The notes beneath the pieces were generated by a model. That model had not been told where the DNA came from and ran no database searches. It saw only the letters and a list, made by a program, of their open reading frames with translations. DNA of 64,000 nucleotides from Escherichia coli (GTDB lineage: Bacteria > Pseudomonadota > Gammaproteobacteria > Enterobacterales > Enterobacteriaceae), in NCBI GenBank assembly GCA_029351405.1, contig GCA_029351405.1_4841.1; one strand, written 5' to 3'. A program made the translations under genes and the position numbers. Positions 55,438 through 64,000 of the stretch are shown here, piece by piece. Position 1 is the first letter of the stretch; each line of letters starts with the position of its first letter.

Positions 55438-58434
55438 TTACAAATTACCACCAGATACCCATGTACCTGGGGTTCCTGCTACAGTACATATCCACTCTTT
55501 GGGACTACCTACAGCTGGTGAACTGTTAATGCATTTTGCACCACGAGGCCAGGTCAATGTGGTTGGTGCTGCGGTATCATATAGAACCGGTAGTGCACTA
55601 CCTTGTTTCACCAAGCTACCAAGCCATGCAGGAACAGTCGCAACGTCCCACCTGTTACCAGACATTTGCAGTGCACCTACACCATCGCCGTACATGCGAA
55701 TTGCCTCACTGGTTGTATTAAAGCTGCGGCAGTCTCTAATGGTTAAGCTCTGGTTATTCCACGAGATATTACGTGCGAAGCCCTGGAAAGTGACGTTGGT
55801 AATAGCGCAAGCAGCAGTAACCGTAATTGCATAATCACTGGTGCCAGTACCTGCATGAACAGCATCGATACCCTCGTACTTAGCAACACCTATCGAGCCG
55901 CCGGACGCGTCAGTTATCGTCGAAGAGTATGTTGCGCAGTTTCTGAAAATAGTGTTATTCGCAGAGTTACCGAACGCATGAGTAACGTTGTTAATACTCA
56001 CATTTTCAACAATAATATTATCGCCATTACTGCACTGAATAGCTCGTGAGTCATAAATATCCCCATATTTTGTCAGGCTCCCGCCATTAAAGTGGCATCT
56101 TTGACCCTGAAGAGCGACCATAGGACTACCGCTGAAAGATTGATTCCATCGGTGTACATGGCAGTTTGTCAACTCGATGCCAAGCAAATTACCAGAATCG
56201 TTGTATACATAGATATCTATCTTCTGATTATCACCAGCAATGTGGTCAATAATGTGAATGTATCTTGTCGGAGCATCATCACCGCTCTGAGAGTAAACGC
56301 GAATACCATATTCGCTGTTGCCGAATGTCTGGTTTCCTTTGAAGATTGTGCCGGTGCTCTTCCAGATAATGCAACCACGGCCTGTTGCGTTTATCTCTGT
56401 ATCACTCAGGTATCCGTTGGAATTGCTGATTGAATTGATAACTTCATTGAATGTTCCGTAACGGTCTTCAAGCCCCATACCCCAGTTATTTTCAGATATG
56501 CAATCCTGAATCTTGCAACGAGTGCAATTGATCATCTGAATGCCTGAGCCAGGCACCTTTCTGACGGTCATTCCTATAACAGAGCTATGGGAGGTATCAG
56601 CAACTAACACAGCAGACACTACACTGCTTGCTCCAGCCCTGATACCTGTTCCAACGATATTACCACCACGCGCCTGTGTATTCGAACCACGGATAGCGAA
56701 AATATAGTTCGACAATGTAGTACCCTGAATCAGCCTTGCCGCGCCAAAGTCAATACGGCGGGCTTCATGCGCCGTGATTGTTGCGTCCAGCAGGTAATCA
56801 CCATCAGGGAAACTAATTCGTTTAGCTGCTGCGAATGCAGCGTTAATGGCAGAGGAACATGGCGTAACGCCGTCCGGTACTGCACCTGCCATTAACGGAT
56901 TTACAGTGTCAGCATTAATACGAATCCATGCCGCTCCCCCAGGAGTCTTGAATACAGTAACGCCGTTGTCGGTGTAAGAGCTACCGTCGAGCACTGCTCG
57001 TAACTGCCCGCCACCGTATCGTGTGCCGGAACTGTACTCGCGCAGTGTTATGCGCTGTTTATCAAATGACGGCTCTATGTTCCTCAGCGCGGTTACGGTC
57101 AATGCCTCCCCGAGTAATTTATCTCCGTCTTGCGCGGCTAAATCAGAGCGTAGTACATCAGTGTATTCATTTGATACAGGCAACAAACTAACAACAACAC
57201 CTCCAGGCGCATATGTCAGGGTGCTTCCGCTCACAGATACGATGGACGCGCCTGTTGGGATACCAGAAGGCAGACCCCAGATCTTCTGTGCAACGACATC
57301 ATAGATAACCGTCTTTCCGTCCAGTTTGGTGATGGTATCGGACGACAAAATAACCTGAGAATTCGGCACGTTCACGGAACGCGCCACTTCGTTTGGTGTA
57401 CGGTCGATCTGATTGTACAGTGTTGGGTCGCCATTGATGACGACAACAACTTCATCACCAGCTTCGAGTTCGTCGGCCAGCGTGATGATCTTCGTAACGG
57501 AGTCATAAGTGAAGCCCAGGCCTTTCTGCTGGCGGGATCCATCGATAAAGATCTCAGAAACATCTTCGGCATCCACGTCCAACTCGATCTCAGTTTCACC
57601 GCCCGCAGCTGATCCGCTATTGTATATCCAAGTGATAACCGTACCGCCGCCGGAACCACCGGAGCCATCGCCCAACTGGATCGGGACATATTGGATGACC
57701 TGCAGCTCGGAACCTGATGGGATTGATGGACTGAAGTCGACATTGTAACCATTGAGGGAATACTTTGACTCCAGCAGGCGCTTCCCGTCAACATACACAT
57801 CAACAATGGACGGCTGTGTGGTGAGAGTTACCTGAGCTGTGTCTGATGCAACTGTCTCAGTGAAGATGGTACGACTGTAAACGCGCCCCTGGCCAAGACC
57901 GACACCAGCAGTCACAATCCAACCACGCGCGTCTCCAGACCAGGTAAAGGTCGCAGATACACTATCTGTGGAGAGAGTCATAGGCTCTACAGAGCCGTAC
58001 ATTGGGCGTCCGTTTGGATCGATGGTCAGAGGATACAGTGAGAACTTTCCATACAAGTCACAGACTGTAACAGAATCGCCAATGCGCGTAGGGGAAGGGA
58101 ACACCACCGTAGAGACGCCTGTGGAGTTGTCTACCAGATAGCCTCGCCCTTCAGTGAGCGTTGCCGTAGAGGCATGCGGAAGGGCTTCCCAGCGGATACC
58201 ACCGCCACCCAGTGGCAACCAACCACCATTTTCGTAATAACCTTCGAATTCGTCGGAGTCGGCATTGTAGCGAACGGAAGACGGGAGCCCTGCGCTGGCA
58301 TTACCCTCGGGTAAAGTCAGGACAGCATCTGGTCCATGCTCAATCGTACCCGTGTTGAGGATACCAGCCAAAGTAGACTGCTCTTCAGCCGCCAGACCGA
58401 GAGGGAAAACAGGCTGTGTTGGTTTATTAGCCAT
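55438..58434 (-). CDS. tailspike protein (about 1000 aa) with conserved N-terminal anchor region
   Basis: ATG 58434 (MANKPTQPVFPLGLAAEE...); Gly-rich linker GDGSGGSGGG; long beta-helix-like C-terminal part; late-promoter motif upstream. Confidence 0.75.
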   Translation of the reverse strand: MANKPTQPVFPLGLAAEEQSTLAGILNTGTIEHGPDAVLTLPEGNASAGLPSSVRYNADSDEFEGYYENGGWLPLGGGGIRWEALPHASTATLTEGRGYLVDNSTGVSTVVFPSPTRIGDSVTVCDLYGKFSLYPLTIDPNGRPMYGSVEPMTLSTDSVSATFTWSGDARGWIVTAGVGLGQGRVYSRTIFTETVASDTAQVTLTTQPSIVDVYVDGKRLLESKYSLNGYNVDFSPSIPSGSELQVIQYVPIQLGDGSGGSGGGTVITWIYNSGSAAGGETEIELDVDAEDVSEIFIDGSRQQKGLGFTYDSVTKIITLADELEAGDEVVVVINGDPTLYNQIDRTPNEVARSVNVPNSQVILSSDTITKLDGKTVIYDVVAQKIWGLPSGIPTGASIVSVSGSTLTYAPGGVVVSLLPVSNEYTDVLRSDLAAQDGDKLLGEALTVTALRNIEPSFDKQRITLREYSSGTRYGGGQLRAVLDGSSYTDNGVTVFKTPGGAAWIRINADTVNPLMAGAVPDGVTPCSSAINAAFAAAKRISFPDGDYLLDATITAHEARRIDFGAARLIQGTTLSNYIFAIRGSNTQARGGNIVGTGIRAGASSVVSAVLVADTSHSSVIGMTVRKVPGSGIQMINCTRCKIQDCISENNWGMGLEDRYGTFNEVINSISNSNGYLSDTEINATGRGCIIWKSTGTIFKGNQTFGNSEYGIRVYSQSGDDAPTRYIHIIDHIAGDNQKIDIYVYNDSGNLLGIELTNCHVHRWNQSFSGSPMVALQGQRCHFNGGSLTKYGDIYDSRAIQCSNGDNIIVENVSINNVTHAFGNSANNTIFRNCATYSSTITDASGGSIGVAKYEGIDAVHAGTGTSDYAITVTAACAITNVTFQGFARNISWNNQSLTIRDCRSFNTTSEAIRMYGDGVGALQMSGNRWDVATVPAWLGSLVKQGSALPVLYDTAAPTTLTWPRGAKCINSSPAVGSPKEWICTVAGTPGTWVSGGNL

Positions 58435-58467
58435 TTCAAATACCCCTAAATGTGTTCGTTTCATCTA

Positions 58468-58478
58468 GGGGTATTTAG
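58468..58478 (-). promoter_or_regulatory. late-promoter-like motif CTAAATACCCC
   Basis: Upstream of the tailspike gene starting at 58434. Confidence 0.5.
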
Positions 58479-58480
58479 TT

Positions 58481-59671
58481 TTAGAAAGAAGCTACAATAG
58501 AATAATCGACCGAACAAGCAGTTGTTGTATTCGCATTAACAACGGAAATTCTCAATTTACCACCCACCACAGAACCTGTGAACGTCACTGTACCGCTCGT
58601 ACTTTTCTGAACCAACAACTCCGATTTGATAGTTCCGTCGCGAGTTATGGTTACTCGATATGTATCAACAACGTTACCTGTTCCCCATTGCGCGGTCACC
58701 AGTATTTGACAAAGGTTCACCAAATCAAAATCTGGAAGAGCCGTCGTCCCAGAAGCCGAAACCGTGTAAGAAGACAAATTCGTTTTGGTACGATAAACGG
58801 CGTTCCCTAAACTATTGTCGACAGAGGCCATCTTGGCATTATACGTTGATACACTAACTTTATCACTGGAAAGAGAACTGATGCTGTTATCCAGAGATGC
58901 CATCTTCGTGTTGTACGTGCTAACCTCGACTTTATTACCCAGAGACGTATTGATATTGGAGATACTCAAATCCAATGACGTCATCTTCGTGTTGTAAGTC
59001 GATGTGTTGACTTTCCCGTTCAACGACGTGTTGATGCTATTAATCTGGGACTCTAGACTCAGCATATCTGCGTCATACGCTGTCGTTGTCACATATCCAT
59101 TAAATCGGTTATCTGCAAACAACGCATCAAAAAATGCAGTCATTGTCCAATAACGCGCTCCAGAATCTGTTTGTACTGGAATTGAAGTCGGCAGCGTTGA
59201 TCCGGTATACGCAGACAATCTGGTGAAGTCCAAATTGAATTTGTAATATCCGGATGACAACAACTCCCCAGCCAAACCAGAACCAGGTGGGGTAGTGTCT
59301 TCACTGACACCATGCTTTCTCAACATGCTCAGGTTAACACCATCTGTCGCTACTATAGGCTCATCCGCGATAGACAGTTTCTTTCCAGCCGGAACAGTCA
59401 GGCCGCCGTTGGCTGTCAACAACGCAGCAAAAGTCTTGTTCCCGTTGATAATTTGTTCACCACCGTCGGTGCGGATCACTTTGTTTTCCAGTGTGTCGTA
59501 GATATTATCCACAGAACGCTTCAGCTCATACGTCAAATGAGCTGACGGAGGGAACAACGAATCATCAACAGCGAAATCGTTGATAACATCAGTCTTGCTT
59601 ATTTTATCGTCAACAGAAGAAAGGATTGCATCAATCTGCTGACCTGTGTATTGACTCAGAAAATCGGCCAT
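58481..59671 (-). CDS. tail fibre-like protein with tandem 22-aa repeats
   Basis: 396 aa; three or four tandem copies of ...KV.VSTYNTKM.SLD.SIS...; AAGGAG RBS. Confidence 0.55.
   Translation of the reverse strand: MADFLSQYTGQQIDAILSSVDDKISKTDVINDFAVDDSLFPPSAHLTYELKRSVDNIYDTLENKVIRTDGGEQIINGNKTFAALLTANGGLTVPAGKKLSIADEPIVATDGVNLSMLRKHGVSEDTTPPGSGLAGELLSSGYYKFNLDFTRLSAYTGSTLPTSIPVQTDSGARYWTMTAFFDALFADNRFNGYVTTTAYDADMLSLESQINSINTSLNGKVNTSTYNTKMTSLDLSISNINTSLGNKVEVSTYNTKMASLDNSISSLSSDKVSVSTYNAKMASVDNSLGNAVYRTKTNLSSYTVSASGTTALPDFDLVNLCQILVTAQWGTGNVVDTYRVTITRDGTIKSELLVQKSTSGTVTFTGSVVGGKLRISVVNANTTTACSVDYSIVASF
58802..59065 (-). repeat. tandem in-frame coding repeats (about 66 bp units) inside the fibre gene
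   Basis: Protein repeats ...VSTYNTKMTSLD... three to four times; the DNA shows matching periodicity. Confidence 0.6.
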
Positions 59672-59673
59672 TT

Positions 59674-60528
59674 TTAACTCCTTGAACTTTCTAGGAATAC
59701 AGTAAACCCAGCAGGATGGAAGTGCTGACGGAAGACGCGATCAAACACACCTTCAAAATCAGATACGTTGCCAGGAACTCTTATCACATACGTGAATTCA
59801 TCATAGTAGTAATCGTCACGCATTCCTGTCGCGCCGTCACATTCAAAGTTGTCGTCCAGGCCACCAATTTCTTCCTTGGGATAATACACACTCACTGGGC
59901 AACCAAAGTAAATCCAGAAGAACAATTCAATCGCTTTCTTCGTCCCGCGAATGCGATAAATGTGTTTAAGTAACTTCAACCAGCGTACATGGTCCAGTGT
60001 CCGGCGTTCAGTTCCCTCGACATACACAGAGAGAGTGTCTCCGTCTGAAGTCACCAAACTGTCCGAACCAACTGGCACAAACTTCCCGAACTCCAGGAAG
60101 GACTTATCAACCGTTCTCTGGAATCCAAAATCAGCATACCAATCGTCGATGCGTTCGTTCTTGTCTTCCATTGAGATTAATGGCCGACCGTCCACGTCCA
60201 GCAAATCTTCGAAGTCTAGCGCCATCATGTTCTCAAACGTGCGCGTCAGGAACTTGTCTTCCAAGAAGTCTTTGGCCTCAGTACCTGGCGTCTTGCGCTT
60301 CTTGATGTCAATCAACTGCTCAATAGGAGACTGATCCGTATTTGGGTTCACCCAACCACCAGTGTCTGCCAGATACGCCAAGATCTCCTCTTCGGTGAAT
60401 CCCTGCTGGCGATACAACCAGTTGAAGAACGTATCCATAAACTCGATGAATACTGGGAATTCATTCTGGTAAAACAATGGGGTTTCATATTTCACCCCAT
60501 TGTGTCCGTTATTAAGATCTTTGGACAT
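59674..60528 (-). CDS. baseplate-associated protein (tentative)
   Basis: 284 aa; GGAGGTG RBS; translationally coupled between the gp6-like gene and the fibre gene. Confidence 0.45.
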   Translation of the reverse strand: MSKDLNNGHNGVKYETPLFYQNEFPVFIEFMDTFFNWLYRQQGFTEEEILAYLADTGGWVNPNTDQSPIEQLIDIKKRKTPGTEAKDFLEDKFLTRTFENMMALDFEDLLDVDGRPLISMEDKNERIDDWYADFGFQRTVDKSFLEFGKFVPVGSDSLVTSDGDTLSVYVEGTERRTLDHVRWLKLLKHIYRIRGTKKAIELFFWIYFGCPVSVYYPKEEIGGLDDNFECDGATGMRDDYYYDEFTYVIRVPGNVSDFEGVFDRVFRQHFHPAGFTVFLESSRS

Positions 60529-62290
60529 AACGCACCTCCGGCTCCACAGTTACAGCACCGATGCGGAGCACCTGATTCTGTGTGGCCTGAATGTTCTGGT
60601 CAAGACCGTCTGGAGACACAATTATTGTCACACCCTCAGTGTTGTAGTTGGATACTATGATACGCTGGAGTTCAACAACGCCAGTCACATAATCAACCGT
60701 TCCAACAGCTTGTACCAGATATTCCTTGGTCGTGTCTGTTGTACTCACCTTGTACATATTCAGGACACCACTGACGTCGCGTATGTAGTAAGTGAATTCG
60801 ACCTCGGCCGGAAGCGGCTTAAACCCACTGATACGCACAGAACCAGACGCAATTGAGCGCCCATAATCGAATGTGAAGCTGTCCAGCACCCCATAGTCTG
60901 GCTTGAAATGGCGCTTATACTTCACAGAAGTGATGTTTGACACTATCGATCTGTCCATGTCGGTGATGGCCGACTGTAACTGCTCTTTATCGAACAGTTC
61001 GTCGAATCCTTCTAGATTCCCCAAACCCCAGTTGACAACACCGTTCTTCACGACTGTCTTCAACTGCTCTTCGGTATAGGACGTGGAAGTCGGATCCCAG
61101 AACACGCGGGTGGTGACATCAACATAAGTCAGTTCAGCGTCGACAATCTTGGGTGTGATCGTGCCCACATTGTACTTGTCCAACTTCGACACGATATCTG
61201 CCTTCTCAGCGTCCGAGAGCGCCTCACCAACAGAAGGTATCACAGCAATGTAAACGTATCCGGAGTCGGGCGGAGAGAGCGTGTCGCCGCCATATGCTTT
61301 GGCGCGGGAGACGTTGGAGAACAGACGCTCGGTCAACACAGCATAATCGACTTCGGCTACCGCCGCACCCTCAGTCTGATAAGCCAGCGGAGCAAGGCGC
61401 TTGATGTCCTCAATGCTCTCTGGGTCCTTACCACCGGAAGAACGTTCTGACACCAGCTCAACATCTACAAGGTTGAATCCCCCGATGGAAGACGCGGAGG
61501 ACAAGGCGGTAATATCATTGCCGTCTGCACCAGCTGTCTCCAGATACTGGAGATACACGACGTTCCCGTCTTCTACTCGCTTACAGATATACCCATCACC
61601 GAATTCGAACGTGTACATCCCGTCCAACCCCAGCTCAACGAAGTAAAGTTGCGCATACTGGCTCAAATCGAACGGGCTGACGTATCGTGAGAAGGTAGAC
61701 CGCACGTCAGATGTCTCAGATTCCTGTACCTGTACCACCATATGGTCGATGTCCACGGAAGAAGATGGTATCACATAGGTAGAGATCGCGCTGCCTTCCA
61801 CATCATAGGACTTGTACAGCCAGTTACCCTGTATGAGTTTGATGTTCTCGAACTTGTAAGAGCCGTCTACAAGAGAGGCACTCACAGGTTGGTCAACCGT
61901 GAAGTTATAGGATTTGCCATCCTTCACCCCAATGAACATCGCGCGGCGATCCATTACAATCGTGTCTGGAGCCGTGCTGGCGTCATATGGAGTGACTGTG
62001 ACGTTTGCGTACAGGTACGCTGCCTGGTAGTTGTGAGGGGTGTAAGATAAGAACCCCGCCGCCAGACCGACATTAGAACGCTGTTGAGCAGAGTGAAGAT
62101 GGCTTTCGCCATTCAGCATATTCTGCATGAACCCGATAGAGTTGGCATCCGAGGCCAAGATACGCACGATTGCACTGAGACCAGAACCTTCAAAGTCATA
62201 ATCCTTGAAAGTTGGATCAGCTTTCATGCGCTTCTTGATAAGATACTCGAAAGCCCTGACATCGAGTGAAGGGACTGTTTGCGTGGCCAT
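60512..62290 (-). CDS. baseplate wedge protein (gp6/J-like, tentative)
   Basis: ORF trimmed to ATG 62290 with GGAG RBS; about 590 aa; late-promoter motif upstream; first gene of the minus-strand structural block. Confidence 0.5.
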   Translation of the reverse strand: MATQTVPSLDVRAFEYLIKKRMKADPTFKDYDFEGSGLSAIVRILASDANSIGFMQNMLNGESHLHSAQQRSNVGLAAGFLSYTPHNYQAAYLYANVTVTPYDASTAPDTIVMDRRAMFIGVKDGKSYNFTVDQPVSASLVDGSYKFENIKLIQGNWLYKSYDVEGSAISTYVIPSSSVDIDHMVVQVQESETSDVRSTFSRYVSPFDLSQYAQLYFVELGLDGMYTFEFGDGYICKRVEDGNVVYLQYLETAGADGNDITALSSASSIGGFNLVDVELVSERSSGGKDPESIEDIKRLAPLAYQTEGAAVAEVDYAVLTERLFSNVSRAKAYGGDTLSPPDSGYVYIAVIPSVGEALSDAEKADIVSKLDKYNVGTITPKIVDAELTYVDVTTRVFWDPTSTSYTEEQLKTVVKNGVVNWGLGNLEGFDELFDKEQLQSAITDMDRSIVSNITSVKYKRHFKPDYGVLDSFTFDYGRSIASGSVRISGFKPLPAEVEFTYYIRDVSGVLNMYKVSTTDTTKEYLVQAVGTVDYVTGVVELQRIIVSNYNTEGVTIIVSPDGLDQNIQATQNQVLRIGAVTVEPEVRYVQRS

Positions 62291-62329
62291 GATAATCTCC
62301 ATCACCTGAGTTTGAATATGGTGTTGAAG

Positions 62330-62337
62330 ATATTTAG
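62330..62337 (-). promoter_or_regulatory. late-promoter-like motif CTAAATAT
   Basis: About 45 nt upstream of the gp6-like start at 62290. Confidence 0.45.
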
Positions 62338-62464
62338 CCAACGGGAATCAAAACGCTCGCGCGCGTTTAATTTATTCGAATATAACTCGCGAGGGGGCTG
62401 ACGCCCTCGCTCGTAACACCGCCCTATGCGGGCAGCACCATTCCACAGCCATGGAGGCTGCTTC

Positions 62465-62491
62465 TCGTTGTTCGTTAACACTCACAACTCG
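62465..62491 (+). repeat. 27-nt conserved intergenic element, copy 2
   Basis: TCGTTGTTCGTTAACACTCACAACTCG (2 mismatches to copy 1); 165 nt upstream of the plus-strand gene at 62656. Confidence 0.5.
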
Positions 62492-62655
62492 AAGGGCACT
62501 GCGTTAGGATACAGTTTCTTGATGTTGTAGAAAAGTAGTTTTTACCTATTAATAATCACTGTCATTATTTTATTGGTCATTCCTGTGTTTATATTCAATA
62601 AACATACTCCCAATATAATAACGGAGACATTTAATCAATCCAGTGAGGCTCCGGA

Positions 62656-63225
62656 ATGCACATTAACACAGCAATCATGAAACACATTATTCCTTTGTTA
62701 GCAAAATACGAAGGGGAACGCGCCACGAATATCCCTTTTGAAACAATCACCGATGAAGTAAAACGCCTGACAGGTAAAAGTATCAATTTCCGTCGCGTTA
62801 TTGAATCTGCGTTAGAGTTGGCCCGTTCTGATTTACGAAATCCAACATTTTCATTTAACATTGACATAACTTCTTCACTTCGACAAGAATTGGAAGAATC
62901 ATCACAAGCACGGCGCGATCGCTTCCGTCATTTATATGTTCGTAACGAATTCTCTGAAGGTCGTATTGGTATGAAACTGGAGTCTATTCGTTCTGACATT
63001 TGCTTCACTGTCAACTACGTTTTAGAGCCAGAAAGTGGGCGCATTTATTTTGGCGCGATTATCGGTTTCTATGGGAACTCTATTAATGGTTGGGCTGAAC
63101 GCGTTGGATTAAAAGAAACCCAGAACACTCATTCCACACCTTCTACCCATTATATGACGCATGAAGCTGCTGGCGAATATGTTTACCTTCTGCGTCGTAT
63201 TGTGAAGTTAGAAGTGTTAAAATAA
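62656..63225 (+). CDS. hypothetical protein (189 aa), plus-strand
   Basis: ATG with GAGG RBS after a 314-bp intergenic region with hairpins. Confidence 0.5.
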   Translation: MHINTAIMKHIIPLLAKYEGERATNIPFETITDEVKRLTGKSINFRRVIESALELARSDLRNPTFSFNIDITSSLRQELEESSQARRDRFRHLYVRNEFSEGRIGMKLESIRSDICFTVNYVLEPESGRIYFGAIIGFYGNSINGWAERVGLKETQNTHSTPSTHYMTHEAAGEYVYLLRRIVKLEVLK

Positions 63226-63282
63226 CGCTTTATTCAATAAATAATTGCAGTAAAGTTAGTTGCATGGAAGGGAGGGAACACT

Positions 63283-63429
63283 ATGTTTTACATGATGTTA
63301 CTCCTCATCCTCCTGATCGGGATTACCTTTACTCTCCTGGGTCTACCCGATCAGTCCGGTAAACAGTCGCCCACTTCGGCGCATCCGGTTTTGTGCGAAG
63401 GTTCGCCCGCACTGCTGTGGACAGTGTAG
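63283..63429 (+). CDS. small hydrophobic protein (48 aa)
   Basis: Not in the ORF track; ATG with GGGAGGGAA RBS; MFYMMLLLILLIGITFTLLGL membrane-like N-terminus. Confidence 0.35.
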   Translation: MFYMMLLLILLIGITFTLLGLPDQSGKQSPTSAHPVLCEGSPALLWTV

Positions 63430-63631
63430 CTCAAAGAGGAGAGGACTTTTCAAATTAGCTGGGCTGTAGTAAAGTATTAAACACGAGGCGAATAGCGCGG
63501 TGGGAGTAGGGCTGGAACCCGAAACCAGGAAAGCCCAGTCTCAGGGCACCGTGACGAATAGAGGCGTAATATCAACCTCGCTGGTGTCGGTGGACGCACT
63601 TGACCGTCGGAGAACGAAACTCCCTGTTGTA

Positions 63632-63721
63632 GCGTGATTAGCTCAGAATCAGAGAGCACCCCGTTGGCAAGTCGACACCAACGTATAAGGGGAGGTCGGG
63701 GGCGCTAATCTCCATCACGCC
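63632..63721 (+). other. tRNA-like element (not a canonical tRNA)
   Basis: 7-bp acceptor-like pairing GCGTGAT/ATCACGC, U8, D-arm-like TAGCTCAGAATCAGAGAGC, but no canonical anticodon or T arm. Confidence 0.2.
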
Positions 63722-64000
63722 GACAACATTATGAGTCTTCCATAGAGGGTTCATAATGTTGCGTCAAAGGGCAACAAGGTTCCTGTTGGTTGAATTAACT
63801 TGATTCATAGTTCCTACTGATCTTCCCGGATTCGAAGGAGCACCAACAGGCGAGGCCGGATGCGTAAGTTCCGGTAAATCGATGGTGACACCCTCGCCAA
63901 CAAAAATAAAAGGTTTTATCAATAACGGGTTACAAAGTATAGTTAACCCACTGAAGCGAAAAGCTGTTTGGACATTAGACAAACACTTCGATGTGAACCC

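Noticed and set aside
58464-58464. Upstream ATG (58464) as the start of the 1000-aa tailspike
   Set aside because: It overlaps the CTAAATACCCC promoter motif itself and has no RBS; the ATG at 58434 gives the N-terminus MANKPTQP... after a GGGG-containing leader.
58802-59065. Tandem direct repeats that could suggest a CRISPR-like or satellite array
   Set aside because: The repeats are in frame inside a long ORF and encode a repeated peptide; there are no spacer-like unique segments and no cas genes.
63632-63721. Possible tRNA gene (acceptor-like stem GCGTGAT/ATCACGC, U8, TAGCTCAG D-arm)
   Set aside because: No 5-bp anticodon stem with a 7-nt loop and no TTCRA T-loop can be drawn, and a 7-bp inverted repeat at this spacing is expected by chance in 64 kb. 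It is kept only as a low-confidence tRNA-like element.

Overview
The window reads as about 64 kb of a T4-superfamily myophage genome with the hallmarks of ViI-like (Ackermannviridae-type) phages; this is a reading of the translated ORFs and motifs by eye, with no database search run. About 70 genes are tightly packed and almost all lie on the minus strand. Positions 1-28,600 hold a replication/recombination and small-gene region: a DinG/XPD-type Fe-S helicase, an HU-like protein, an ACP-like protein, a vWA protein, RegA, the clamp loader (gp44/gp62-like), a GIY-YIG-like endonuclease gene, the sliding clamp (gp45-like), UvsW- and UvsY-like proteins, a PD-(D/E)XK nuclease and many hypotheticals. 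Positions 28,700-62,300 hold a structural module in T4 order: gp23 capsid, gp22 scaffold, gp21 protease, gp68/67-like, gp20 portal, gp19 tube, gp18 sheath, gp17 and gp16 terminase, gp15/14/13-like, a 1612-aa structural protein, four consecutive tailspike genes, a repeat-containing fibre and baseplate genes. Late genes carry a recurrent minus-strand CTAAATAcccc motif resembling the T4 late promoter. The most notable observations are a 159-aa mini-intein splitting the Walker A loop of the large terminase, an acyl-carrier-protein homologue whose attachment serine is replaced by glutamate, compositional mosaicism in the tailspike genes with a duplicated 39-nt leader, a candidate -1 frameshift site, and an ORF-free tRNA-like region at the right edge. 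No CRISPR array, rRNA or canonical tRNA was found. Product names rest on motif recognition and T4 synteny, and start codons were placed by ATG plus Shine-Dalgarno context.
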